Positions 1-8,873 of a DNA stretch of 37,267 nt are shown piece by piece. Within the stretch, counting starts at the first letter, position 1; each line of letters begins with the position of its first letter. A program made the position numbers and the translations under genes. The notes beneath the pieces were generated by a model. That model had not been told where the DNA came from. It saw only the letters and a list, made by a program, of their open reading frames with translations, and made no database searches. This DNA comes from a candidate division WOR-3 bacterium (lineage in GTDB: Bacteria > Hydrothermota > Tepidihabitantia > Tepidihabitantales > DTDR01), in the NCBI GenBank assembly GCA_039801885.1, contig JBDRVN010000012.1:1-37267 (forward strand). Direction: 5' to 3'.

Positions 1-1
1 C

Positions 2-790
2 GGAATTGGTGATGCCTTTCGAATTATTCCAGCAAGAATTAAAACCTTAGAAGAATTACCAGCTCCACCAATAGTAGCTGAATTAGTAAGAAAAAAAAGG
101 GGGTTAATTTTGGTTACCGGTCCAACGGGTTGCGGCAAATCCACCACTTTAGCAAGTATGATTGATTTGCTTGATAGAGAAAAAGCTTTAAGAATAATAA
201 CGATTGAAGACCCAATAGAATATGTTTTTAAAGAAAGGAATTGTTTGGTAAGTCAACGAGAAATAGGAATTCATTCCCGTTCTTTTGCTTCGGCTCTCCG
301 AGCTTGTTTACGAGAAGATCCGGATGTAATTTTAGTTGGCGAGATGCGAGATTTAGAAACTATTTCTTTAGCCCTTACGGCGGCGGAAACCGGCCATTTG
401 GTTCTTTCTACCCTTCATACGAACAATGTAGCAGAAACCGTTGATAGAGTAATTGATGTTTTTCCCGCCGAGCAACAAAATTTTATTAGACATATTTTTG
501 CCAATGTAATTCTTGGCATTATTTCTCAAATTTTAGTTCCGAGAAAAGAAGGAGGCAGAGCAGCAGCGATGGAAATTCTTGTTGGCACACCAGCAATAAA
601 AAATCTTATAAGAGAAAATAAATCCTATCAAATTCCTTCGCTTGTTCAAACCGGAACAGAACTGGGGATGCAAACATTAGACCAGTCTTTGATTAAACTT
701 TATCAACAAGGGATAATTACTCGGGAAATTTTATTTGAATACTGTGTAGATGAAAAATTTGTTAGGAGCGTTTTGAGTGGGGGTTTTTAA
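2..790 (+). CDS. pilT: Type IV pilus retraction ATPase PilT (5'-truncated by window edge)
   Basis: Frame is open from nt 2 (GIGDAFRIIPARIKTLEEL...GLILVTGPTGCGKST). Walker A, TIEDPIE Asp box, DPDVILVGEMRD Walker B, GHLVLSTLH His box and AIKNLIRE motif. Confidence 0.95.
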   Translation, partial: GIGDAFRIIPARIKTLEELPAPPIVAELVRKKRGLILVTGPTGCGKSTTLASMIDLLDREKALRIITIEDPIEYVFKERNCLVSQREIGIHSRSFASALRACLREDPDVILVGEMRDLETISLALTAAETGHLVLSTLHTNNVAETVDRVIDVFPAEQQNFIRHIFANVILGIISQILVPRKEGGRAAAMEILVGTPAIKNLIRENKSYQIPSLVQTGTELGMQTLDQSLIKLYQQGIITREILFEYCVDEKFVRSVLSGGF

Positions 791-1541
791 TAGAATTTTT
801 ACTTTTATTATTGGTTTAGTCTTTGGTAGTTTTTTTAATGTCTTGATTTATCGCACACCAAGAGGAATTTCGATTATAAAACCAAGTTCTTTTTGTCCCC
901 ATTGTCAAAAAAAGATTAGGTTTTATGATAATATTCCTTTGATAAGTTTTATTCTTTTAGGCGGCAGATGCCATTTTTGTAAAAAACCAATTTCTCTTCG
1001 TTACCCAATTGTTGAATTATTAACAGGCTTTATTTTTTTATTCAGTTATGAAAAATTTAATTTCTCTCTAAAAACAATTTCATTAATATTTTTATTAAGT
1101 GCCTTGTTAATAATTTTCTTTATTGACTGGGAATTTCAAATAATACCTGATTGGTTAAATTACCCGGGGATATTATTTGGTTTTTTATTTAATATGGATA
1201 AGTTTCCTTTATTTTCTTTATACGGAATTATCACTGGGGTAGGCTCTTTATTGATTTTAAGGTTAATATGGTTATTATTAAGAAAAAAAGAAGCAATTGG
1301 TGGTGGTGATATAAAAATGGCAGGATTTTTAGGTAGTTATTTTGGTTATAAAAATGTCCTTTTTATTGTATTTTTAGGAGCTTTTTTAGGTTTAATTATC
1401 TTTTTAATCTTGGTGGCAATTAGAAAAAGAGGTATAAAAGATTATATACCTTTTGGAAGTTTTTTAGCAATTAGTGCGGTTATAAATTTCTTCTGGGGTG
1501 AACATCTTTTTTATTGGTATCTTAATCTTTTTAAAAGATAA
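777..1541 (+). CDS. pilD: Prepilin peptidase/N-methyltransferase (A24 family)
   Basis: GSFFNVLIYR; two CxxC pairs (CPHC, CHFC); catalytic Asp motifs FIDWE and GGGDIK; IPFGSFL; multiple TM segments. Confidence 0.95.
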   Translation: MGVFNRIFTFIIGLVFGSFFNVLIYRTPRGISIIKPSSFCPHCQKKIRFYDNIPLISFILLGGRCHFCKKPISLRYPIVELLTGFIFLFSYEKFNFSLKTISLIFLLSALLIIFFIDWEFQIIPDWLNYPGILFGFLFNMDKFPLFSLYGIITGVGSLLILRLIWLLLRKKEAIGGGDIKMAGFLGSYFGYKNVLFIVFLGAFLGLIIFLILVAIRKRGIKDYIPFGSFLAISAVINFFWGEHLFYWYLNLFKR

Positions 1542-1959
1542 TCCTTTTCTTTTCTAATTTAAATTTGCCTTCAATTTCGCTATATTCTAAGAAGGAATCA
1601 ATCTTGATATTCTTACAAAGTTGGCGAATTTTAAATTCATATCCCTTTGGATAAAAAAGAGCAAAGTGTAAAGAAAGATTACAAAAGTCTTTCCATTCTT
1701 CGGCTTCTATTTCATCTAAAGTAGATTTGGTTTCTACTTCGGCGATCATGATTACCTTTTCGCTTCTTAAGTCAATTACCAATATATCCGGATAGCAATA
1801 TTCGCCATTTATATTATATATACCTTTATGCTTATCGGGATGGTTGGTATAAGTTTTCAAATAGGGATATTTTTCATTAGGATAACGATAAACAGTCTGT
1901 TTTAAACTAAGAATTAATTTATCATGAATTACCAATTCTTCGTAAGGCCTCTCTGCCAT
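1531..1959 (-). CDS. Hypothetical protein with PD-(D/E)xK-like motif
   Basis: 142-aa ORF with YPDILV...IAEVET, preceded by a promoter-like TTGACA-N17-CATATT. Confidence 0.6.
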   Translation of the reverse strand: MAERPYEELVIHDKLILSLKQTVYRYPNEKYPYLKTYTNHPDKHKGIYNINGEYCYPDILVIDLRSEKVIMIAEVETKSTLDEIEAEEWKDFCNLSLHFALFYPKGYEFKIRQLCKNIKIDSFLEYSEIEGKFKLEKKRIIF

Positions 1960-1966
1960 CTATTAA

Positions 1967-1995
1967 AATATGATCTAAAAAAATTTTTTTGTCAA
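1967..1995 (-). promoter_or_regulatory. sigma70-type promoter for the 142-aa ORF (probably leaderless)
   Basis: TTGACA (1995-1990), N17, CATATT (1972-1967); ATG 7 nt downstream; no SD. Confidence 0.5.
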
Positions 1996-2608
1996 CAATT
2001 AAAAGTTGGTAAATTAATAATAAAAATAAAAATATTGACATATTTAACTCTTATTAGTTACGAATAATTTAAAAGATTTAAGAAAAGGATCGTTTATAAA
2101 GTAGTTTGTTTTTTGAAGTTAAATTTTAAGCCGCCTCAAAAGGTAATAACCAGGATACTTATTGAAATGATTATAAGATAATAAAGAAGAGATTTTTTAT
2201 CTTTATGCAAATTTAATTTAAGCACATAATTTCAATAACTTATTTAAAATTTTCCTTTAAAAATTAGCGGCATTCGATGATACTGATAAGTTGAATAATA
2301 AGATAATATCTACCTTAGAAAAAGTATAACTAAAAGTTAAATTTTTATAATTATTAATTTTAAATGACTTATATATATTGAGAAATTTTTATGTAAGTGA
2401 TATAAAATCAAAGGATTAGATAAAATTATCCCTTTGGATAGGGGGCTATCTACTATAATGCCTTGGAGATGGCTTTAGAGGTAATTTTTTATTTTGTCAA
2501 GAGATAATGATTATTGTTAGTAAAAGGCGGATTAATTAAAATGGTATTTTAGTTTTTATTCTAAAATCTTGATGAGGTTTTAACTATTTAATAAATTATT
2601 TTGATAAG

Positions 2609-2636
2609 TTGACAATTATTTATTTTATTTTATAAT
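2609..2636 (+). promoter_or_regulatory. Consensus sigma70 promoter of yebC
   Basis: TTGACA-N16-TATAAT; SD CGGAGG at 2651-2656. Confidence 0.75.
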
Positions 2637-2660
2637 ATTTACAGAATAAACGGAGGAATT

Positions 2661-3419
2661 ATGGCTGGTCATTCTAAGTGGGCACAAATAAAACATAAGA
2701 AAGCAAAGGTAGATAAGGTTAAAGGTAAGTTGTTTTCTAAATTAGCAAGAGAAATAACGACTGCTGCTCGGTTAGGAGGAGGTAATCCGGAGTTTAATCC
2801 CAGATTAAGAGTAGCAATTGAAGCGGCTAAAGAAGCGAATATGCCCAGTGAGAATATTGAACGCGCGATTAAACGAGGAACCGGAGAAATTCCCGGCGTC
2901 ATTTATGAAGAGATTGAGTTTGAGGGGTATGGTCCGGAAGGTATAGCAATTATTGTCAAGACATTGACGGATAATCGAAATCGAACCGTCAATGATATCC
3001 GTCATATTTTTTCTAAATACGGAGGAAATTTAGGCCAGGCTGGTTCGGTATCTTGGCAATTTAAACCTAAGGGTGTGATTATAGTTAATAAGGAGAAGGT
3101 TGACGAAGAAACAATTTTTAGCATCGCTTTGGAAGCTGGTGCGGAAGATATAAAGGCCGATGAAACTTCTTATCAGATAATTACCTCCTTAGAAGATTTT
3201 TCTAAAATTAAAGAAAAATTAAAGGAAAACAATATCGCTATTGACCATTCAGAATTGACAAAGTTACCTTTAACCACGGTTAATATAACCGATGAGAAGG
3301 TTGCCGAAAAGATATTAAAATTAATTTCCGCCTTTGAGGAATTGGAAGAGGTTCAACAGGTCTATTCTAATTTTGACATCAACGAAAGTATTTTAGAAAA
3401 ATTCGCTGCCAAAGAATAA
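2661..3419 (+). CDS. yebC: YebC/PmpR (TACO1) family protein
   Basis: MAGHSKWAQIKHKK, NPRLR, EGYGP, TDNRNRT, VQQVYSN. Confidence 0.97.
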   Translation: MAGHSKWAQIKHKKAKVDKVKGKLFSKLAREITTAARLGGGNPEFNPRLRVAIEAAKEANMPSENIERAIKRGTGEIPGVIYEEIEFEGYGPEGIAIIVKTLTDNRNRTVNDIRHIFSKYGGNLGQAGSVSWQFKPKGVIIVNKEKVDEETIFSIALEAGAEDIKADETSYQIITSLEDFSKIKEKLKENNIAIDHSELTKLPLTTVNITDEKVAEKILKLISAFEELEEVQQVYSNFDINESILEKFAAKE

Positions 3420-3452
3420 GGAGTTAGGATTTTAAAGATTCCTAGATTACCT

Positions 3453-4877
3453 TTGGAAACAAAGTTAAAATTACTTATTACTATTTTTTTGTTTTTAATT
3501 TTAATATTTTTACCAGTTTTTTTTAATCTCAATTATCAATATTTAGGGAAAAGTGTGAATATCACCTATCGCAATATGTTTCAATATTTTATAAAGTTAA
3601 ATCCACCTTCTTATTTCTTATCGGAAACACCAAAACCTTTAATTGCTTTTTTTTCTTATATTTTTACTCCTCTGTTTAATTATCTTCTTATCTCTTTATT
3701 AATCTCATTAGGTTTTTTCTATTTTTTAAAAATTAGTGAAAATTTTTCTAACTTCTTTTTTAGTGGTTTATTAGCCTTTCTCTATGCTTTCCTTTTTTTT
3801 GAAGATAGTTGGCAGAATTTGCTTACTGGTTATTGGGTGTATATCTATATTCCAATAATGATTATTGCTATTTATTATTTTTTGATAAAAGATTATTTAA
3901 AATATGGCATATTAAATCTCTCGGCGGGTTTAATTAGACCAGATAGTTGGTTTATTGCGATTATTTTTCTTTTATTATCATTTTTTCAGAAAGAAAAGAG
4001 ATATCTTTTTTTATTTCTTCCCTTTTTGGCACCAATTATTTGGTTCTTTTTTGATTATCGTGCTTTTTCCCATCCTTTTTATTCTTTTATTATTACTGCT
4101 CGATATCCAATAATTACTGGAATTTCTTTAATAAAACCAAGAGAATTTTTCCCGGTAGTTCTTAAAGATATAAACAACCAAACTGGTTGGTTTTTCTTAA
4201 TGATAAGTTTTTTGGTAATTATTTTAGTAATTTATTCTCAAAGGAAAAATCTTAGAAATTATTTAGTTTTACTCATAATTATTTTTTCTCCTTTTATTTT
4301 TTATTTCTTTCTTTCCTTGCGGGGCGGAGTTTTACCGATGAGAAGATTCTTTTTATTGTCTCTATTTTTTTTAGCCTTTTTCTTGTTTCACATCTTTGAT
4401 ATATTTTTGAAAAAGAAAATCAGTAAGATTTTATTGCAGACTATTTTATTTTTATTTCTTTTTGTTATAAATTTTCCTGCAGATAAAATAAGAGACATTA
4501 AATGGAATTTAAAGGATGAGGAAGAGAAAATGATCGCAATAGAAACATCAATACCGGTAATAAAAAATTATTTATTGAGTTTAAAACCAAAATATTTAAT
4601 TATTCCTTTTAGAAGAAAAGCCATTTTTGAATATTACCTTCCTGAGGTAAAGAATAATTTAGAAAGTTTTCGCGAAATAGCCGCATTAAAAAAGAATATA
4701 AAAAATTATGAAAATTCAATGGTGTTTTATTTGATAAAAGATTTTGCTGGATTAGAGATATATTTTGATTTTCTTTCCCAATTACATCCCCATTTATTAA
4801 AAGAAGAAAATTTAATATTTGAACCTTTATTTTCTCATCCCTGGTATCGGCTTTATTTTCTTAAAAGAATTGAATAA
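3453..4877 (+). CDS. Polytopic membrane protein, GT-C (PMT/ArnT-like) glycosyltransferase-like
   Basis: About 10 or more hydrophobic segments, TPKPL loop, GLIRPD motif, MRRFFL, soluble C-terminal domain. TTG start is uncertain. Confidence 0.5.
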   Translation: METKLKLLITIFLFLILIFLPVFFNLNYQYLGKSVNITYRNMFQYFIKLNPPSYFLSETPKPLIAFFSYIFTPLFNYLLISLLISLGFFYFLKISENFSNFFFSGLLAFLYAFLFFEDSWQNLLTGYWVYIYIPIMIIAIYYFLIKDYLKYGILNLSAGLIRPDSWFIAIIFLLLSFFQKEKRYLFLFLPFLAPIIWFFFDYRAFSHPFYSFIITARYPIITGISLIKPREFFPVVLKDINNQTGWFFLMISFLVIILVIYSQRKNLRNYLVLLIIIFSPFIFYFFLSLRGGVLPMRRFFLLSLFFLAFFLFHIFDIFLKKKISKILLQTILFLFLFVINFPADKIRDIKWNLKDEEEKMIAIETSIPVIKNYLLSLKPKYLIIPFRRKAIFEYYLPEVKNNLESFREIAALKKNIKNYENSMVFYLIKDFAGLEIYFDFLSQLHPHLLKEENLIFEPLFSHPWYRLYFLKRIE

Positions 4878-4878
4878 T

Positions 4879-5277
4879 TTAACTACTAAGAAGATAGATG
4901 GCTATTAGGGTGAAAATAAATCCTAAAAGATGTTTGAAAGTCATTGGTTCTTTTAAAAATAGATAGCCTAAAATTACTGGAAAAACAATATAAAGTGAGG
5001 TTATTGGGAAGACAATAGATGCTTCGCCCTTGCTTAAAGCAAAATAAAAACCGATTGTGCCAATACCAGCAATCAAGCCATTTATTAAAGAATAGAAAGA
5101 AAATTTATTAATCGGTAGAGGAAACTTAAGAATAAAGAAGCAGAGAAAAATTACTGTGCCTACATTGGAGAAAAAAGATAAAGGAAAGGGAGGATAAAAT
5201 TTTCCTAATAATTTAGTGCCCAATCCCCAAAGTCCCCAACCAAGTAAAGCGATTAAGCAATATATCTGATAATCCAT
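4879..5277 (-). CDS. Single-domain EamA/DMT family transporter
   Basis: GWGLWG, FYFALSKGEASIVFPITSLY, LFLKEPMT; 5 TM helices. Confidence 0.85.
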   Translation of the reverse strand: MDYQIYCLIALLGWGLWGLGTKLLGKFYPPFPLSFFSNVGTVIFLCFFILKFPLPINKFSFYSLINGLIAGIGTIGFYFALSKGEASIVFPITSLYIVFPVILGYLFLKEPMTFKHLLGFIFTLIAIYLLSS

Positions 5278-5279
5278 AA

Positions 5280-6215
5280 TTAAATATACTCAATAGTTGA
5301 AGGTGGTTTATCAGTTATGTCATATAAAACTTTTACACAAGAAGGGATTTCACTAATTAAAGTATTCCGGATTTTCATTAATAATCGATAAGGTAATCTT
5401 TTAGCCTTGGCGGACAAAGCATCCTTAGATTCAACCGAGCGGATAACAATAATATCCCCTAATATCCTTTGATAATTCTTTATGCCGGTTGTCTTATCGC
5501 TTAATAATACTGGAAAAGTTTGAAAACTTCTAACTTTTTCTGTTAACTTTTCAACAATTTCAGTTGCCTTTCTAATAATTTCTACTCTTTCTTCGGTTAT
5601 CTCACCAAGTACCCGACAAAGTAATCCCGGTCCGGGAAAAGGTTTTCTTTGATAAACCTCTTTTGATAATCCCAGTCTTTTGGCTACCCTTCTTACTTCT
5701 GGCTTTAATAACTCTTTTAATGGTTCAATTATTTTTAATCCATATCTTTGGGGATTGATACCAATTTGGGATAAAACATTATGTTGAGTTTTTATTTTTG
5801 CTTCCGTTTCAATAATATCAGCTTTGATGGTTCCTTGGGCTAAAAATTCTGCTTTTTCTTCACTTATTATTTTTTGAAAAACCTTATAAAAGGTTTCGCG
5901 AAAAGCAATTCTTTTTTCTTCCGGATCGGTTAATCCTTTTAAAGCCTTAAAGAAAGCTTCAGCCTGATAATATACTTTTACTTTAATACCAAATTTTTCC
6001 AATTCTTCCTTTAAGAAATTCTCCTCATTTCTTCGCATTAAGCCATCATTGACGAAAACAGCGGTTAAGTTATCGCCAACTGCTTTATGAGTGAGCACAG
6101 CGGTTGTCATTGAATCAACGCCACCGGAGACTGCGCAAATTATTTTTTTATCGCCGACAGTATTTTTTATTTCACTAATTTTTTGATAAATAAATTTGAC
6201 AACATTTTTTAGCAT
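5280..6215 (-). CDS. guaA: GMP synthase ATP-pyrophosphatase subunit (split type, subunit B)
   Basis: PP-loop SGGVDS, GLMR, DPEEKR, QGT, IKTQHNV, PFPGPGL, YDITDKPPSTIEY; no N-terminal glutamine amidotransferase domain. Confidence 0.92.
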   Translation of the reverse strand: MLKNVVKFIYQKISEIKNTVGDKKIICAVSGGVDSMTTAVLTHKAVGDNLTAVFVNDGLMRRNEENFLKEELEKFGIKVKVYYQAEAFFKALKGLTDPEEKRIAFRETFYKVFQKIISEEKAEFLAQGTIKADIIETEAKIKTQHNVLSQIGINPQRYGLKIIEPLKELLKPEVRRVAKRLGLSKEVYQRKPFPGPGLLCRVLGEITEERVEIIRKATEIVEKLTEKVRSFQTFPVLLSDKTTGIKNYQRILGDIIVIRSVESKDALSAKAKRLPYRLLMKIRNTLISEIPSCVKVLYDITDKPPSTIEYI

Positions 6216-6231
6216 AAATAATTATAGTAAA

Positions 6232-6633
6232 TTAATAAGAAATATCAAATTTGGGAAATCGACCAGATACTGAGAAAAGATTCCCTTTATCATCTATTAA
6301 AGTTAAAACATACTTACCTTTCTGTTTACTTAAAAAAGGCGGAGAAGGAAAAATCCATAAGAATTGTTTATATTCATCAGGTTTTAATTCTAAAACTTGA
6401 TGATTGATACAACGCAAAGTTAAGTGTTCTATTTTTAAGACAATATCTTTCAAAATAAATCCTCTTTTACTTCCATTATATACGCCCACTAAGGCTTGGT
6501 AAGAACTTTGGTGGTTGGGAATTTCAATTACGATTGAATGTTTAAAATCACTTCTTGGGAAAAAATAATAAAGTTTATCCACAGTAATTTTAATTTTTGG
6601 TTTAGAAAAGAGCGAAAAAATACCTAAAGCCAT
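6232..6633 (-). CDS. Hypothetical protein
   Basis: 133-aa ORF filling the intergenic space, preceded by TTGACA-N17-TATCTT; no recognised motif. Confidence 0.6.
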   Translation of the reverse strand: MALGIFSLFSKPKIKITVDKLYYFFPRSDFKHSIVIEIPNHQSSYQALVGVYNGSKRGFILKDIVLKIEHLTLRCINHQVLELKPDEYKQFLWIFPSPPFLSKQKGKYVLTLIDDKGNLFSVSGRFPKFDISY

Positions 6634-6725
6634 CCTTTTAAAAAGATAATAAAAAATTTTAAAATGTCAAGAATTAAAACAATTTTACCAATTTGATTTT
6701 TCTCTTAAAAGTTTTATAATTTTCT

Positions 6726-7571
6726 ATGGATTCTTATTTTGCTAAAATATCTTCTTTACCAGGTGGAGAAGATTATGCTCTTTTAAAAGGTATTTTAAAG
6801 AAATATAATTTAAATACTGTTTGCGAAGATGCGAAATGTCCAAATTTGGGTGAATGTTTTAGTAGAAAATCTTTAACTTTTATGATTTTGGGCGATGTCT
6901 GCACAAGAAAATGCCTTTTTTGTGGGGTAAAAAAAGGGGTTCCTAATAAAATTTTAGAAGAAGAACCAGAAAAAATTGCTCTTGCTGTGAAAGAACTTTC
7001 TCTTACTTATTGTGTAATCACTTCGGTTACAAGGGATGATTTAGCAGATTACGGCGCCGGAATTTTTGCCCAAACAATTGAAAAAATAAGAGAGATATCT
7101 TTAAACACCTTGGTCGAAGTTTTAATCCCTGATTTTATGGGTGATTTTGAAGCCCTTAAAAAGGTGATTTTGAAAAAACCAAATGTTTTGGCACATAATG
7201 TTGAGACAACCAAGAGATTAACAAAAATTATTAGAGATAAAAAAGCAAATTATTTCCGTTCTTTATGGATTTTAAAAAAAACAAAAGAACTGGATGAAAG
7301 GATTATTACTAAGAGTGGTTTTATGGTCGGTTTAGGAGAAGAGGAAGAGGAAATTTATGAAACCTTGATTGAGTTAAAAGAAGCCAATGTTGATATTGTT
7401 ACCATTGGCCAATATTTGATGCCTTCCCGAGAGAGTTATCCCGTTAAAAAATATTATAAAGAAGAAGATTTTAAAAAATTTGCTAATTGGGGAAAAGAAA
7501 TTGGCATAAAAAAAGTTATTAGTGGTATTAAAATTAGGAGTTCTTATTTGGCAGATATTTATTTTCATTGA
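6726..7571 (+). CDS. lipA: Lipoyl synthase
   Basis: CX4CX5C (CEDAKCPNLGEC), radical SAM CX3CX2C (CTRKCLFC), TSVTRDDL, HNVET, RSSY. Confidence 0.97.
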   Translation: MDSYFAKISSLPGGEDYALLKGILKKYNLNTVCEDAKCPNLGECFSRKSLTFMILGDVCTRKCLFCGVKKGVPNKILEEEPEKIALAVKELSLTYCVITSVTRDDLADYGAGIFAQTIEKIREISLNTLVEVLIPDFMGDFEALKKVILKKPNVLAHNVETTKRLTKIIRDKKANYFRSLWILKKTKELDERIITKSGFMVGLGEEEEEIYETLIELKEANVDIVTIGQYLMPSRESYPVKKYYKEEDFKKFANWGKEIGIKKVISGIKIRSSYLADIYFH

Positions 7572-7596
7572 AATTTATTTTATAAATTATTATAAT
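7568..7596 (+). promoter_or_regulatory. sigma70 promoter of the fumarate hydratase beta/frd-like/truD cluster
   Basis: TTGAAA-N17-TATAAT, then SD AGGAGG at 7611-7616. Confidence 0.55.
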
Positions 7597-7622
7597 TTAA
7601 GTTTTTAAATAGGAGGTTAATA

Positions 7623-8177
7623 ATGGAGATTAAAAGAATTACAACCCCTTTAACAGATGAAGTATTAAAAGATTTAAAAGCCGGGGATCAAGTTTTAATA
7701 AATGGTATTATTTATTCGGCAAGAGATTTAGCTCATAAAAGGTTGGTAGAAGCAATTGGAAAAAAGGAAAGATTACCTTTTGAATTAAAGGGAGCAGTAA
7801 TTTATTATGTAGGTCCGGCTCCAGCAAAACCAGGTTATCCAATAGGTCCGGCAGGTCCAACTACTTCCGGAAGGATGGATCCTTATACACCAATTTTATT
7901 AGCTAATGGCTTAAAAGGAATGATTGGTAAAGGTAATCGGAATGAAGAAGTGAAAAAGGCGATGATGAAATATAAGGGAGTTTATTTTGGTGCGGTAGGG
8001 GGCGTGGCGGCTTTAACAATGAAAAAGATAAAACAAGCTAAAATAATTGCTTATGAAGACTTAGGTCCTGAGGCAATTTCCGAGTTGTTAGTAGAGGATT
8101 TTCCAGTGATTGTGATTAATGATATTTATGGTAATGATTTATATGAGTTAGGTGTTAAAAAATATGCAAAAACTTAA
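7623..8177 (+). CDS. Fe-S hydro-lyase (class I fumarate hydratase/tartrate dehydratase) beta subunit
   Basis: ARDLAHKR, YYVGP, GPTTSGRMD, MIGKG, DLGPEAI, DFPVIV. Confidence 0.93.
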   Translation: MEIKRITTPLTDEVLKDLKAGDQVLINGIIYSARDLAHKRLVEAIGKKERLPFELKGAVIYYVGPAPAKPGYPIGPAGPTTSGRMDPYTPILLANGLKGMIGKGNRNEEVKKAMMKYKGVYFGAVGGVAALTMKKIKQAKIIAYEDLGPEAISELLVEDFPVIVINDIYGNDLYELGVKKYAKT

Positions 8178-8185
8178 GTAGAACT

Positions 8186-8857
8186 ATGAAGAAAATAAGA
8201 ATCTATGTAATGGGAAAAGAATATTTAGTTCCGGAAGGTTTAACGATTATGCGAGCATTAGAAAATTGCGGATTTCTTTTTGTGCGCGGTGCCGGCTGTC
8301 GCGGTGGCTTTTGCGGTGCCTGTTCAACGGTTTATCGTAAAAAAGATTCTTTTCGTTTAAAAGTTGGTTTGGCTTGCCAGACAATGATAGAAGATGGAAT
8401 GTATTTAACTCAAATTCCTTTTTATCCAGGAAATAAAGCAATTTATAATATTGAAGGATTTGTTTATGACACACAAGTGTTTATAAAATATTATCCAGAA
8501 ATTTTAAGATGTATTTCTTGCGGGAGTTGTAATCGGATTTGCCCGCAGGATTTAAAAGTGATGGAATATATTAATGCAGCAATAAGAGGAGATGTTAAGA
8601 AGGTTGCTGAACTTTCTTTTGATTGTATTATGTGTGGTCTTTGTGCTTCTCGCTGCCCGGCTGAAATTACTCAATATTATGTGGGTCTTTTAGGAAGAAG
8701 AATTTATGGTCGGTTTATTCAAAAAAAAGCAAAAGATTTGCAAAAAAGAGTTAAAGAGATTGAAGAAAATAAATTTGAAAAAGAGTTAGAAGAATTGATG
8801 AAAATGCCGATTGAAAAATTAAAAGAGCTATACGAAAAAAGAGAAATTGAGCCCTAA
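8186..8857 (+). CDS. SdhB/FrdB-like iron-sulfur protein (2Fe-2S plus 4Fe-4S dicluster)
   Basis: GCRGGFCGAC...LAC and two CxxCxxCxxxCP motifs (CISCGSCNRICP, CIMCGLCASRCP). Confidence 0.88.
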   Translation: MKKIRIYVMGKEYLVPEGLTIMRALENCGFLFVRGAGCRGGFCGACSTVYRKKDSFRLKVGLACQTMIEDGMYLTQIPFYPGNKAIYNIEGFVYDTQVFIKYYPEILRCISCGSCNRICPQDLKVMEYINAAIRGDVKKVAELSFDCIMCGLCASRCPAEITQYYVGLLGRRIYGRFIQKKAKDLQKRVKEIEENKFEKELEELMKMPIEKLKELYEKREIEP

Positions 8858-8873
8858 AATAGGAGGTTTTTAA

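Noticed and set aside
1960-2660. CRISPR array, tRNA or dif site in the long intergenic region
   Set aside because: No regularly spaced repeats, no cloverleaf, and TTATGTAAGT is only a weak XerD-arm match without a XerC arm.
6575-6583. Perfect DnaA box TTATCCACA
   Set aside because: Single copy inside a CDS, with no cluster of boxes.
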